This document shows positions 20,023 through 30,364 of a stretch of 64,000 bases of DNA, piece by piece. The stretch is from Myxococcales bacterium. GTDB lineage: Bacteria > Myxococcota_A > UBA9042 > JABWCM01 > BTVJ01. The stretch spans positions 224,001 to 288,000 of the forward strand of contig BTVJ01000001.1 of NCBI GenBank assembly GCA_045863395.1. Reading direction: 5' to 3'. The first letter of the stretch is position 1; the number at the start of each line of letters is the position of its first letter. A program made the translations under genes and the position numbers. A model generated the notes under the pieces. That model ran no database searches. It had not been told where the DNA came from and worked only from the letters and a program-made list of their open reading frames with translations.

Positions 20023-20862
20023 ATGATGAGACGGATGCGTATGGCAGCCCTCCCAATCGTGCCGCTCGTGGCGGCGGTCGCGAGCTGCGGCGGGGGCGCC
20101 TCCTCCCCGCCGGCGCCCGCCCCGCCCGCCACGGCAGCCGAGCACGCGTCAGCCACACGTGACGCCCCCGCGGTGACGGCGCCGGAGGCCGCGGAGCCGG
20201 GCCCGGAGGCCTCGGCGGACAGGCCGGCCTCGCCTCCCGCGGAGCCAGCGGCCGGTGCGCCACGCCGGATGCCCAGCGCGGCGCCACAGGCGGAGCGCCT
20301 CGGCACCCTCCCGGCGGGAGTCGGCATCGCCGTGGGGACCCAGGCCCCCGACGCGATGGTCGAAGACGCAGACGGAAAGGCGGTCCGGCTGCACGACCTG
20401 CTTGACCGGGGGCTTGTCGCGCTCGTGTTCTACCGCGGCGGCTGGTGCCCCTTCTGCAACCATCAGATCCATGCACTGACGACCGCCTGGCCGGAGCTTC
20501 AGCGCCGCGGTGTCACCCCCGTCGCGATCAGCGTGGACCGCGTGGACGAGGCGTCGAAGACCCGGGCCACGTATGACATCCCGTTCCCGGTGCTCGCCGA
20601 CCCGGACCTGAGAGCCCACACGGCGTTTGGCGTGGTCCACCGCGCGGACGACGCCGAAGTCGAGCGCCTGAAGTCCTTCGGGCTCGACATCGAGAGAGCC
20701 TCGGGGAAGACGCACCACGCGTTCGCGGTCCCCGCGATCTTCATCGTGGACCAGGCCAGGGTCGTCCGGTGGGCCCACGCCGACGCGGACTACAAGGTTC
20801 GCCCGACGACGGAGCAGCTCCTCGCCGCCATCGACGGGCTCGGGCTGGCGCCGGCACCCTGA
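20023..20862 (+). CDS. Peroxiredoxin-like (AhpC/TSA family) lipoprotein
   Basis: Lipobox AVASC; FYRGGWCPFC; AISVD; PAIFIVD. Confidence 0.85.
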   Translation: MMRRMRMAALPIVPLVAAVASCGGGASSPPAPAPPATAAEHASATRDAPAVTAPEAAEPGPEASADRPASPPAEPAAGAPRRMPSAAPQAERLGTLPAGVGIAVGTQAPDAMVEDADGKAVRLHDLLDRGLVALVFYRGGWCPFCNHQIHALTTAWPELQRRGVTPVAISVDRVDEASKTRATYDIPFPVLADPDLRAHTAFGVVHRADDAEVERLKSFGLDIERASGKTHHAFAVPAIFIVDQARVVRWAHADADYKVRPTTEQLLAAIDGLGLAPAP

Positions 20863-21204
20863 CCCCCTGGTGTCGGTAGCGGGCAGGCCGACGCGCCAGA
20901 GTGGCGGCGTCGGGCTCTCGGCCACGTTCCCTGGGCTCCGTCCGGCGCTCCGCTGGGGCCGCGGAGTCCTCGCGCCGGCGAACCCTTCCCACCCACACTG
21001 CTCGCCCTCCGACGCGCGCGGCCCCAGAGATGCTCGCGACTCCCGTTCCGCGCCCCGGGACGCGGGACCCATGGAACCGTCTCCGCTCGGGGGACGTCCC
21101 TTCGATCCGTGACGTCGTGCGTCGCGCTGAGAGCCTCTCGGTCGTCGTGGAGACCGGCGCTTCCACGCCCCGCATGAGGCGCGCCAAGCCCTGGAGGGCT
21201 CATA

Positions 21205-22122
21205 GTGACACCCCGCCAATACCAGGCCATCGTGCCGCTCGCGCTGATCGCCGCCGCTTGCGCGGGGAACGGCGCGCCGCCACCGTCGCCTCCCAGCATG
21301 CCGCCGAGTCAGGCGCCCGTCACCCCAGCGGCCCCGCCAACTGAGACCGCACCAGCACCGTCGGGCGCGCCCGTGGAGCCGGCGCCCCAAGTCTCCGGTG
21401 ACCCCGCGCTGCCCGGCGTCCGCGCGGTGGACGCGGCCCTCTCGGCGGCCCGCGGGGCGGCGCTGGCGGCGAAGGGGCCAGGCTACCGACCACGGACGCG
21501 ACACGTCGCAGCCGACGGCAGGCCGACCTACACGAACCGGCTCATCCTCGAGACGAGCCCCTACCTGCTGCAGCACGCCCACAGCCCGGTGAGCTGGTAC
21601 CCATGGGAAGACGAAGCCTTCGAGCGGGCGCGCCGGGAGGACAAGCCCCTGCTGCTGTCCGTAGGCTACTCGACCTGCCACTGGTGCCACGCCATGGAGC
21701 GCGAGTCGCTCGAAGATCCTGAGATCGCAGCGTTTCCGAACGAGACGTTCGTCGCCATCAAGGTGGACCGTGAGGAGCGGCCCGACGTGGACTCCCTCTA
21801 CATGACCGCCGTGCACCTGCTCGCCGGGCGGGGCGGCTGGCCCATGACCGTGGTGCTGACTCCGTCCCGAGAGCCCTTCTTCGCCGGGACGTACTTCCCG
21901 GCCCGGGACGGCGACCGGGGCGCGCGCAAGGGGTTTCTGTCCATCCTGCGGGAGCTGCACGTCGCGTACAGGGAGCGCCGTGGAGAACTCGTCACCACCG
22001 CGGCCGAGTTCACGCGACGGCTGCGGGCCGCGACGGAGCCGGAGCGCCCAGCGGATCTGCCGGGCGCCGATGCCATCGCGCGCGCCGCCGCCAACCTGGC
22101 GCGAGCGTACGACCCGGCGTAG
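21205..22122 (+). pseudogene. Truncated YyaL/DUF255 thioredoxin-domain protein
   Basis: [42 protein letters not shown] interrupts YDPA*GGVG and the C-terminal domain is absent. Confidence 0.75.
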
Positions 22123-22232
22123 GGCGGCGTCGGGCTGAGTGCTGACGGCCGACCGCTGATAGCCCCGCGCCGGCCGTGCCCCCATCGGAGGACACCACCC
22201 TGAATAGCTGACGGGGCGATTCGACCCTCGAA

Positions 22233-22336
22233 TGACGCAAGGAACTTGCCGGACGATATACCTCGACCTGGAATCGCTGTGGTCGCTGGAGCCCGCCGAC
22301 GCGATTGACGCAAAGGAGCTTGCCGGACGATGTACC
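22233..22336. repeat. Pair of ~30-bp imperfect direct repeats with 43-bp spacer
   Basis: TGACGCAAGGAACTTGCCGGACGATATACC (22233-22262) and TGACGCAAAGGAGCTTGCCGGACGATGTACC (22306-22336). Confidence 0.75.
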
Positions 22337-22396
22337 AGCCGAGGGACGCGCGCCACCCACGGGAGGCGCCCCACCCGCGGCTGACCAGCGTCTGGT

Positions 22397-22422
22397 CGTA
22401 ACGCGCGAGTCCCTCTCGCCAC
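22397..22422 (+). promoter_or_regulatory. Putative ECF promoter
   Basis: CGTAACG-N13-CGCCAC upstream of the small ORF at 22511. Confidence 0.55.
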
Positions 22423-22510
22423 CGATCCGCACGCGGACCGCATCCTGCCCGCGTGACCCTCTCTCGCCAGCACCGCACGGGCCGGCGACGCACTCTCCAG
22501 GAGGTGACCC

Positions 22511-22708
22511 ATGTCCTGGATCGTCGTCGCGTTCATCGCCTTCTGCCCGGCCGTCTTGATCCTCGGCGTCGCCGCGCGCGCCGCACGCGAGCACATCGGC
22601 GCTACGCGGCTCCACCAGGCGCTGGCAGAGGAGTCCTCCCGCGTGATCGCGGCCCCGCAGACGACGCCGGACCGCTGTGCTGAATCTCATGCGGGCTTGG
22701 CCCCGTAG
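22511..22708 (+). CDS. Small hypothetical membrane protein (65 aa)
   Basis: AGGAGGT RBS; hydrophobic N-terminal helix. Confidence 0.55.
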   Translation: MSWIVVAFIAFCPAVLILGVAARAAREHIGATRLHQALAEESSRVIAAPQTTPDRCAESHAGLAP

Positions 22709-22901
22709 CTGCGCTCCCGCCACACACGGCCGCTGCGCGACTGACGCCGCAGGGGAAGACGTCCTGCTCCGGCCGGACGATCCCGCTCCCTCCGCGGAGC
22801 TGGCTGCCGCCGGGCCGCGGACTGGGCGGCCGGCAGCCGCGCCCGGGCGTCTCGCCGGCGCCGCGTGATCCCTCTACGCGAGCCGCGCGTACTCCGGGCA
22901 T

Positions 22902-22927
22902 CGTAACGCGCAGCCTGCTCGCGTCAC
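22902..22927 (+). promoter_or_regulatory. Putative ECF promoter upstream of the RiPP precursor
   Basis: CGTAACG-N13-CGTCAC, boxes and spacing identical to the copy at 18682. Confidence 0.65.
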
Positions 22928-23001
22928 GGACAACCGCTCGGAGCGACTCAGCCACTGACGGCGGCGCTCCGGCATCCCACACACCGAAACGGAGGCAACC
23001 G

Positions 23002-23289
23002 ATGAAGAACCTGACCAGCATCTTGAGCACCGCGGCCTTCTCTCTGAGCGTCCTCGCCTCGACCGCGGCCTTCGCGTCGTCGACGCCGGGAGACCACCTC
23101 GCAAACGCCATCGGAGACGAGAAGAAGTGCGGCGGAGACGAGAAGAAGTGCGGCGGAGACGAGAAGAAGTGCGGCGGAGACGAGAAGAAGTGCGGCGGCG
23201 GCGAGAAGAAGTGCGGTGGCGACGAGAAGAAGGACGCCGGCGCGGACAAGGGCGGCGAGAAGGGGTGCGGCAAGAACTCCTGCGGCTAA
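23002..23289 (+). CDS. Secreted Cys-repeat RiPP precursor (HvfA/oxazolin/bufferin-like)
   Basis: GGAGG RBS; Sec signal ending AFA; 5x EKKCG plus EKGCG and NSCG; next to a DUF692 gene. Confidence 0.85.
   Translation: MKNLTSILSTAAFSLSVLASTAAFASSTPGDHLANAIGDEKKCGGDEKKCGGDEKKCGGDEKKCGGGEKKCGGDEKKDAGADKGGEKGCGKNSCG
23113..23232 (+). repeat. 21-bp coding tandem repeat (GDEKKCG)
   Basis: GGAGACGAGAAGAAGTGCGGC x4 perfect, one variant, one partial. Confidence 0.95.
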
Positions 23290-23387
23290 CCGCCCATCTC
23301 TCTCGCAGGGACCCCGTGCGCACTGAGGCGGGGCCCCTGCGAGGCTGCTCGACCCTGGTCGACCACCCCAGCCCACGAGCGACTCAG

Positions 23388-24248
23388 ATGACACGAGAGA
23401 CCTGGCGGCAGAGACACGCCCTCCCCGTCCTTGGCCATGGGATCGGGCTTCGGCGCCCCTTCTTCGACACGATCCTCGAGGTGGCTCGCCCCGTCGACTG
23501 GCTCGAGGTCGTGCCGGAGAACTTCATCCTGTTCGGTGGTCGCCCGCGCCGCGCCCTGGCGGCTTGCGCCGAACGGTGGCCGATCATCCCTCACGGCGTC
23601 AGCCTCTCCGTGGGCGGCCCTGACCCCCTCGACACGGACCTCCTGAACGGGATTCGGACGCTGGCAAGGGACGCGCGGTCCCCCTGGTTCAGCGACCACC
23701 TGTGCTGGAGCGCCGCGGGCGGGACCCACACCCAAGACCTGATCCCGCTGCCCTTCTCCGAGGAGGCTGTCCGCCACGTGGCCCCCCGCATCAGGGAGGT
23801 CAGCGAGCGCGTCGGCCTGCCGTTCCTGGTGGAGAACATCAGCAGTTACGCCATCATGCCGGGCAGCACCATGAGTGAGGCGCAGTTCTTGACGGCAGCG
23901 CTGGAGGAGGCGGACTGCGGCCTGCTCCTGGACGTGAACAACGTCGTCGTCAACGCGCACAACCACGGCTTCGACCCGGTTCGCTTCATCCAGTCCATCC
24001 CGCTCGAGCGAGTGGTGCAGATCCATGTGGCGGGTCACCGCGTCGTGGGCGACCTTCGCGTCGACGACCACGGCAGCGCCGTCAGCGATCCCGTGTGGGC
24101 GCTATACGAGCATGTGATCGCGCGGATCGGCCCCACGACGACCCTCGTGGAGTGGGACAACCACATCCCGCCCGTGGACGTTGTGCTCGACGAGGCAGAC
24201 AAGGCGCGCGACCGAGCCGAAGCTGCCCTGGCACGGAGGGCCGCATGA
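23388..24248 (+). CDS. MNIO / DUF692 multinuclear non-heme iron enzyme (HvfB/BufB-like)
   Basis: GIGLR, EVVPENF, HGVSLS, SDHL, ENISSY, LLDVNN, QIHVAGH, DDHG, EWD. Confidence 0.92.
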   Translation: MTRETWRQRHALPVLGHGIGLRRPFFDTILEVARPVDWLEVVPENFILFGGRPRRALAACAERWPIIPHGVSLSVGGPDPLDTDLLNGIRTLARDARSPWFSDHLCWSAAGGTHTQDLIPLPFSEEAVRHVAPRIREVSERVGLPFLVENISSYAIMPGSTMSEAQFLTAALEEADCGLLLDVNNVVVNAHNHGFDPVRFIQSIPLERVVQIHVAGHRVVGDLRVDDHGSAVSDPVWALYEHVIARIGPTTTLVEWDNHIPPVDVVLDEADKARDRAEAALARRAA

Positions 24249-24952
24249 CATCCCTCCCTGGCTGGTTCGCCACCATGATGGGGCTCCTCGAGGGCCGCAC
24301 GGACGCGGCGGCCGTCGAGGCCGTGCTCGGTCCGTCCCCCTCGGGCACCACGCGCCTCCAGTACTACCGGACGCTCGTCTCGAACGACTGGACCGGGCTC
24401 CTCGACGCGGTCTACCCCTACACCCGCGCGCTGATGGCGCCGGCACAGTGGGACGCGGTCTGCCGGCGCTTCCTCGCCGAACACCCTCCGAACCACTGGG
24501 AGCTGAACCGCCTGGGCGCCCGCCTCCCGGAGTGGCTCGCGTCCCAGGCAGACGCGACGCCATGCCTCGCGGACGTCGCCGCGGTGGAGTGGCTGGAGCT
24601 CGAGGTCACCCTCCACCCTGCGCCGGACGTCCTGCCGTGGGAGGCGGGTCCCGTGGTACTCAACCCGACAGTCGACGTGAGGCAGCTCCGGTGGGACGTC
24701 CCGGGGTGGCTTGCGTCGGGGCGCCCCCACGGAGGCCTCACGGAGCGCCCGACGCTGTGCATCGCGTGGCGGGACCCGCGCACCTTGCGCTGCCGCCTGA
24801 CAGAGGGTACCGCCGCGATCCTGTTCGTCGTCCAGGCCGTCCACCAGGCCGTTCCCCCCCTCGATGCGGCGCGCGGGCACGGAGTCGACCCGGACGACGT
24901 CGAAGCGCTTGCCCGTGACCTCGGCCGGCGTGGCCTCCTGGTCGCGGCATAG
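24245..24952 (+). CDS. DUF2063 MNIO partner protein (HvfC/BufC-like)
   Basis: ATGA overlap; RLQYYRTL, YPYT, FLAEHPP, DVAAVEW, LNP. Confidence 0.8.
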   Translation: MTSLPGWFATMMGLLEGRTDAAAVEAVLGPSPSGTTRLQYYRTLVSNDWTGLLDAVYPYTRALMAPAQWDAVCRRFLAEHPPNHWELNRLGARLPEWLASQADATPCLADVAAVEWLELEVTLHPAPDVLPWEAGPVVLNPTVDVRQLRWDVPGWLASGRPHGGLTERPTLCIAWRDPRTLRCRLTEGTAAILFVVQAVHQAVPPLDAARGHGVDPDDVEALARDLGRRGLLVAA

Positions 24953-25215
24953 GGGCGGACCCGGCCGGTGCCAGTCATCGCGGGGTGCCCCGCCGTTGAG
25001 TCCGGGGGGCGACGTCGCGGGCGGGTGGAGCGTCGAGGGCGCCTCGTTTCGCCCGCTGGTCTCGCATCCTCGGCGGCGAGGTCCTGCCGCGTCTCCAGCG
25101 AAGGGGGGCGCGGGAGCAACCCGGGGACGAACCGTGAGCTGCAGCCACGCTTGACCTGCGGGTCGCCGCTCGCACCGGGTTGTCTCAACACCGCGCCTCT
25201 GCGAGGATGCAGGAC

Positions 25216-28200
25216 ATGAGCTGGCTCCTCGCGCTGCTGTTGGCCCTCCCCGCGACCCGGGACCTGCGCTCGGAGGCGGACCGCGCCCTCGACCCGCTGC
25301 GTGGCCCCACCCTCGCCGTGGAGGCGTCGGTCCTCGACGCGCGGTGGGAGGGCGACGTGGTGCGGGTGGCGGTGGATCTCGTGTCCCCGGTCGTGGACGA
25401 GCGCCTGATCCACGAGGTGGTGGAGGCGCTCCTGGAGGTGTGGGCGGACGACCGCCCCCGCGGCGTCTACGTGGAGGCGCTCGACCCGGTCACCGGGGAG
25501 CTCCTGCCCTTGCCGGCGCTGCTCCCGCCCATCACGCCGCCGCCAGAGAAGCTGGTCTCTCCCCTGTCTCCTCCCATCGGCGTGACGGCCCCGGGACAAC
25601 CGGCGGGCTTCCTCGCGGGCAAGGTGATCTACGTGAGCCAGGCCCATGGGTTCACGTGGACGCAGGCGCTGAACCGGTGGGCGACTCAGCGGGGCAACAC
25701 GAACGGCATCGTGGAGGACCTGGTCAACGCCGAGGGCATCAACCACTACCTCGTGCACTACCTGCGGAACGCGGGCGCTACGGTGTTCACGGTGCGCGAG
25801 CACGACATGCAGCACCACATGGCGGTGGTGGACAACGGCGGCGGGGGCACCTTCGAGGAGGTGGGGGAGTGGTTCGACTCCACGCTGCCCGGCTTCGCGG
25901 CGGGGATGGCCCCCTACGAAGGGCAGGAGAACCCCCACGCCCTGGGAGGCAACCGCCTCGCCACCACCGTGAGCGGCTCGGCGACGGCGGTGGCGCGGTG
26001 GGTGCCCGACATCCCGGCGCCGGGCCACTACAACGTCTACGTCACATACTCACAGCACGCCGCGCGTGCCCAGGACGCCCACTACGTGGTGCGCCACCCC
26101 GGCGGCGAGTCCCACGTGCGCGTCAACCAGGAGCGGCACGGCGGCACGTGGGTGTTCATTGGCCGGCACTGGTTCGAGGCGGGTGAGGACGCGGTGATCG
26201 GGGCGGTGGAGCTGCACAACGACAGCGAGCTGGAGCCCGGCGACAACGTGAGCGCAGACGCGGTGCGCTTCGGCGGCGGGCTGGGAGACGTCGCGCGTGG
26301 CACCGGGAGCGGGGTCGCAACGAGCCCCACGAGCGGCCGCCCGCGGTGGGAGGAGTGCGCGCGGTACAACGTCCAGTTCCAAGGGGCCCCGCCGAGCGTC
26401 TTCGACTACTCGGCGAGCGACCCCAACGACGACGTGAGCTCCCGGTCCCGGTACGCCGCGTGGCAGAACGAGGCCGGGGAGGACGCCGTCTATGTCGCGT
26501 GGCACACCAACGCCCCGAACCCCGGCGTAGGCACGTCGAGCTACACCTACGGGCCCAACGAGCCCAACGGCGAGTACATCTTCACGGGAACCAAGGGCAG
26601 CGACCTGCTCCAGGATGTGCTCCACGCGGAGATCATCAACGATCTGCGCGCCGCCTTCGACCCGGCGTGGAAGGACAGGGGCAAGTACACCGCGTGGTTC
26701 GGCGAGGTCAACCCCAGCCACAACCCCGAGATGCCGGCGGTGCTCGTGGAGCTGGCCTTCCACGCGACGCCGTCCGACGCCGAGTGGCTCAAGGAGCCGC
26801 GCTTCCGCCAGGTTGCGGCCCGCGCCTTCTATCAGGGGGTCGCCAAGTACTTCGGGGCGCGAGATGGCGTAGCCGCGCCGCTCCTGCCGGAGCCGCCCCG
26901 AGCCCTGCGCGTGGAGAATCTCGGGGACGGCCGGCTGCGGGTGCGCTGGGCGCCACCGGAGACAGACTCGGTGGGCCTCGCCGGCGAGGCCGCCACAGGC
27001 TACCGCGTCTACCGGAGCCGGGACGGACTGGCCTTCGATGGGGGGACGCAGGTGGGTGCCACGGAGCTGATCATCGAAGACGCCCCACTCGGGGAGCCCC
27101 TGTACGTGCGGGTGACGGCAACGAACTCGGGCGGCGAGAGCTTCCCCACGCCGGTGGGCGGCGCCACCCCCACGTGCGGCCCGCGCGCCCTGGTGGTGGA
27201 CGGCTTCACGCGCATCGACAAGCACGGCCTCATCCCAGAGAATCTAGCGCCCTGGGATCTGGGCACCGTCCAGCGCTTCGACCAACGCCGACTCAACGCC
27301 TTCGACTACGTGCGTCACCACGGGGAGGCCCTGTTCGCGGCGGGCGTGGCCTTCGACTCGGCGCAGGCAGGTGCCGTGGAGGCGGGTGCCGTCAGCCTGG
27401 ACGCCTACGACCTGGTCGTCTGGTACCTGGGCGAGGAGAGCACCGCGGATCACACATTCACCCCGGCGGAGCAGACTGCCGTGCGCTCGTTCGTCGAGGC
27501 AGGCGGCCGGCTCCTCGTCAGCGGCGCCGAGATCGCGTGGGATCTGGGCGAGAAGGGGAGCGCCGAGGACCAGACGTTTCTCGCGGACATCCTGGGCGTC
27601 ACCTACGCGGCTGACAGCGCGGGCACGTATGCGACCTTGGGGGTGGGCCCGCTAGCCGGCCTCGGAGCCATCTCCTTCGACGACGGCACCCAAGGGGCCT
27701 ACGACGTCGACTACGCGGACGTGCTGGGCCCCGTGGGCGGGGTCGCCGTCCTGGAGTATGACGCGGGGGGCGCGGCGGCGGTGCTCTCCGGCACGGTGCT
27801 CACCCTGGGATTCCCCTTCGAGGCGGTCACGCCGGGCGCCGCCCGCATCGCGCTGATGCAGGCGGCGACGGAGATTCTCGGGGCGAGCCCGGACGCGGGC
27901 TGCGCCGTGACGCCTCCCGAGGACGTGGGGCCCACGGGAGACGCGGGCACTGTCCGGGCGGGTGATGCCGCCTCTCACGCGGACGGCGTCAGCGACTCCG
28001 ACAGCGACGCGGTCAGCGACAGCGGCCTGGACGCGGCCGACAGCGCCGTTGCGGAGCCACTGGATCCTCTGGACGCTGGCCCCGTCGGCCGGTGGAAGGA
28101 CGTGGCGTGGGGCGCTACCGACACGTCCGATGTGCAGGACGCTGCCACCGTCGTCGAGGGAGACACGGGGCGGGGGACTCCTCCATCGGGCATCACGGAC

Positions 28201-28329
28201 GGCGGCTGCGGCGGCTGCGGAACAGGAGGAGGTCCCGTGCCGGGCGCGCTGGGCGTGCTCCTCGCCCTGGGGCTCCGGCTCCGGCGGCGAGCCGCTGCCC
28301 GTGAGGTGGCCCAGGCGCGAGACTCATAG
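25216..28329 (+). CDS. Multidomain N-acetylmuramoyl-L-alanine amidase (Amidase_3-like) with golvesin-like insert, FN3 and MYXO-CTERM tail
   Basis: IYVSQAHG...EDLVN, HTNA, MPAVLVELAFH; ADAVRFGGG; FN3 GYRVYRS...VTATNSGGES; GC...LLALGLRLRRR. Confidence 0.75.
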   Translation: MSWLLALLLALPATRDLRSEADRALDPLRGPTLAVEASVLDARWEGDVVRVAVDLVSPVVDERLIHEVVEALLEVWADDRPRGVYVEALDPVTGELLPLPALLPPITPPPEKLVSPLSPPIGVTAPGQPAGFLAGKVIYVSQAHGFTWTQALNRWATQRGNTNGIVEDLVNAEGINHYLVHYLRNAGATVFTVREHDMQHHMAVVDNGGGGTFEEVGEWFDSTLPGFAAGMAPYEGQENPHALGGNRLATTVSGSATAVARWVPDIPAPGHYNVYVTYSQHAARAQDAHYVVRHPGGESHVRVNQERHGGTWVFIGRHWFEAGEDAVIGAVELHNDSELEPGDNVSADAVRFGGGLGDVARGTGSGVATSPTSGRPRWEECARYNVQFQGAPPSVFDYSASDPNDDVSSRSRYAAWQNEAGEDAVYVAWHTNAPNPGVGTSSYTYGPNEPNGEYIFTGTKGSDLLQDVLHAEIINDLRAAFDPAWKDRGKYTAWFGEVNPSHNPEMPAVLVELAFHATPSDAEWLKEPRFRQVAARAFYQGVAKYFGARDGVAAPLLPEPPRALRVENLGDGRLRVRWAPPETDSVGLAGEAATGYRVYRSRDGLAFDGGTQVGATELIIEDAPLGEPLYVRVTATNSGGESFPTPVGGATPTCGPRALVVDGFTRIDKHGLIPENLAPWDLGTVQRFDQRRLNAFDYVRHHGEALFAAGVAFDSAQAGAVEAGAVSLDAYDLVVWYLGEESTADHTFTPAEQTAVRSFVEAGGRLLVSGAEIAWDLGEKGSAEDQTFLADILGVTYAADSAGTYATLGVGPLAGLGAISFDDGTQGAYDVDYADVLGPVGGVAVLEYDAGGAAAVLSGTVLTLGFPFEAVTPGAARIALMQAATEILGASPDAGCAVTPPEDVGPTGDAGTVRAGDAASHADGVSDSDSDAVSDSGLDAADSAVAEPLDPLDAGPVGRWKDVAWGATDTSDVQDAATVVEGDTGRGTPPSGITDGGCGGCGTGGGPVPGALGVLLALGLRLRRRAAAREVAQARDS

Positions 28330-28404
28330 CATCGACGCCCAGAAGAGGCTTCGTCTACGCCCGTCTTTCTCTCGCCTGGGCATCGCCGAGTCAAGCCCCC
28401 CGGA

Positions 28405-30240
28405 TCAAGGCGCGACCCACCAGACTCGGTTGGTGTAGCGCGTCCCTGTGGGGTCCTTCGAGCTCTGGTGAAAGTAGACTCGCGTACCGTCGGCGGACCA
28501 CCCAGCCAGCTCGTCGTCCTCGTCGTTGTCCGTGAGCAGGCGGACCTCGCCCCCGTCCGCCGAGACCACGGCAATCTCCGTGTCGCGGCTGTACCCGCGG
28601 GTCCCGAGATCTTCAGTGCGCCAGGTCTCGAGGGCGATCCGCTTCGAGTCGGGAGAGACTCGCAGGTCCTGGGCGCGGATGGCGGCGAGGCGGCGCCACT
28701 GGCCGCTCGTGAGATCGAGGCGGCCGAGCCAGACGTCGGACCCCGTCCGCTCCACCGCCACGAGGAAGGTGCCGTCCGGCGAGACCTCGGGCTCGTCGAA
28801 GCTCGACGCGCCCGCCTCCCAATCCGTGTCCTCCTCCTCCGGCGGCTCGCCTCCTCCTGTTCCTCCGGCGCCCAGCAGCGCCGTCGCCGCACCGCTCGCC
28901 GGGTCCAGCCCCCAGAGAGTGCCCACCTCGCCAGAGGGGCGCCGCGCCAGGTAGACACGTTTGCCGTCCGGCGCCCAGGCGACGCCGCTGCGAGACTCTC
29001 CTTCGGCTGCCTCCAGCAGTGTCCTGCGGTCGGTGCCGTCTGCGCGGATGATATCCAGGCTGCTCGGGCAACGGCGACAGGTGCGGTACCAGAACACGAC
29101 GTGGCTCCCGTCGGGCGAGACCTGAGGCGAGCTGAAGTACTCGCTCGCGTGAGAGAGCAGCTCCGTGCGCTTGCCTGTAGACAGTTCGAACAGGTTGACA
29201 CCCTTGGACCAGCCCCGGTGGTCGACCACCGCCGCCGCCCAGCGCCCGTCCGCAGACACGGAGGGGAAGCTGAACACGTTGTAGACCTCTGCGATCAGCG
29301 CGCGGCCGCCGTCGGGTCCTACGAGCAGCAGCTGCTCGTTGCCGCGCCGCAGCTCGTAGGCCCCCTTGGACTGGCGCACGTCGACGTAGTGGGGCTCAGC
29401 GAGCAGCACCAGCCCCCCGTCGGGGCGCACGGCGACGAGGTACTCCTCGGCGAAGTACTCCCCGACCAGGTGCCGCTCTGCGCGGCGCTCGCCCTTGGCG
29501 TCGTGCTCCCTGGCGGTGTCCTCCTCCTCCTGGCGCCGCTCCCGCTCGCTCCGCAGGTGGGCGGCGGCGCGAAACACGGGCTCCAGCTTGGACGCCACGG
29601 CCAGCTCCTCGTTGGAGAGCCCCGCGGCCTCCGTCTTGAGGCGCGCGACGGCGGGAAGCGCTGTGATCGCGGCGCTCAGGGCGGGCGCGAAGTCGGGGAG
29701 ATCCTCGGCCACCTCCAGGCGGGCCCGGTCGTCGCTGGCCGCTGCGAGGTTGAACACCAGCGGGTCCAGCGCGGCGGTTGCATCTGAGGCGGCCACCTCC
29801 AGCGCCACCTCGACCGTGTGCTCGGACAGCTCCGACCCGGTGAGCGGCATGACCCGCGCGCTGCGGATGGTGCCGGTGATCACCATGCCCGCGCCTGCGC
29901 GCTGGGCGGCCACCCGGAGCGCCGTGGGATCGCTCGCGCCCGCCAGCGCCTCGAGCAGCACCTCGTCGCCCGGCGGGACGACCGTCAGGCCGAGCTTCTC
30001 CAGCGGCTTGACCATGGCGGTGGCGACCCGCTCGGACACGCGGTCCTTGTCGCCCCAGAAGGACGCGCGGGTGCCGTCCGCCCCGACGGAGTGGACCAGC
30101 ACGGCCACCCGATCCAGCGGCGCCACGACGCGCCCTTGCATCCACCACCATCCCCCAGCGGCACCCGCGAGCACGACCACTGCTGCGACCAGCGGCCAGC
30201 GGCTGCGCCTGGGGGTCCACTCTGCGCCCGGGCTCTCCAT
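28405..30240 (-). CDS. Membrane-anchored TolB/PD40-like beta-propeller protein
   Basis: N-terminal TM; SPDG/WAPDG/WSADG repeats; GGAGG RBS. Confidence 0.75.
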   Translation of the reverse strand: MESPGAEWTPRRSRWPLVAAVVVLAGAAGGWWWMQGRVVAPLDRVAVLVHSVGADGTRASFWGDKDRVSERVATAMVKPLEKLGLTVVPPGDEVLLEALAGASDPTALRVAAQRAGAGMVITGTIRSARVMPLTGSELSEHTVEVALEVAASDATAALDPLVFNLAAASDDRARLEVAEDLPDFAPALSAAITALPAVARLKTEAAGLSNEELAVASKLEPVFRAAAHLRSERERRQEEEDTAREHDAKGERRAERHLVGEYFAEEYLVAVRPDGGLVLLAEPHYVDVRQSKGAYELRRGNEQLLLVGPDGGRALIAEVYNVFSFPSVSADGRWAAAVVDHRGWSKGVNLFELSTGKRTELLSHASEYFSSPQVSPDGSHVVFWYRTCRRCPSSLDIIRADGTDRRTLLEAAEGESRSGVAWAPDGKRVYLARRPSGEVGTLWGLDPASGAATALLGAGGTGGGEPPEEEDTDWEAGASSFDEPEVSPDGTFLVAVERTGSDVWLGRLDLTSGQWRRLAAIRAQDLRVSPDSKRIALETWRTEDLGTRGYSRDTEIAVVSADGGEVRLLTDNDEDDELAGWSADGTRVYFHQSSKDPTGTRYTNRVWWVAP

Positions 30241-30364
30241 GAGGCTCCTCCATGATGTGCGTCCCGCCGAAGATAGCCCGTGCGCGCCAAGGGCGACAAC
30301 CCCCGGCGGGTTGTCAAACGCACCGCGGACCCGGCATGATGGGCCCCTCACCCCCGGAGGAACC

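Noticed and set aside
22120..22122. TAG as pyrrolysine or read-through recoding
   Set aside because: The frame closes at TGA 22201 and the rest of YyaL is missing, so read-through would not restore the protein
23113..23232. 21-bp tandem repeats as a CRISPR array
   Set aside because: No spacers; in-frame coding repeats of the precursor
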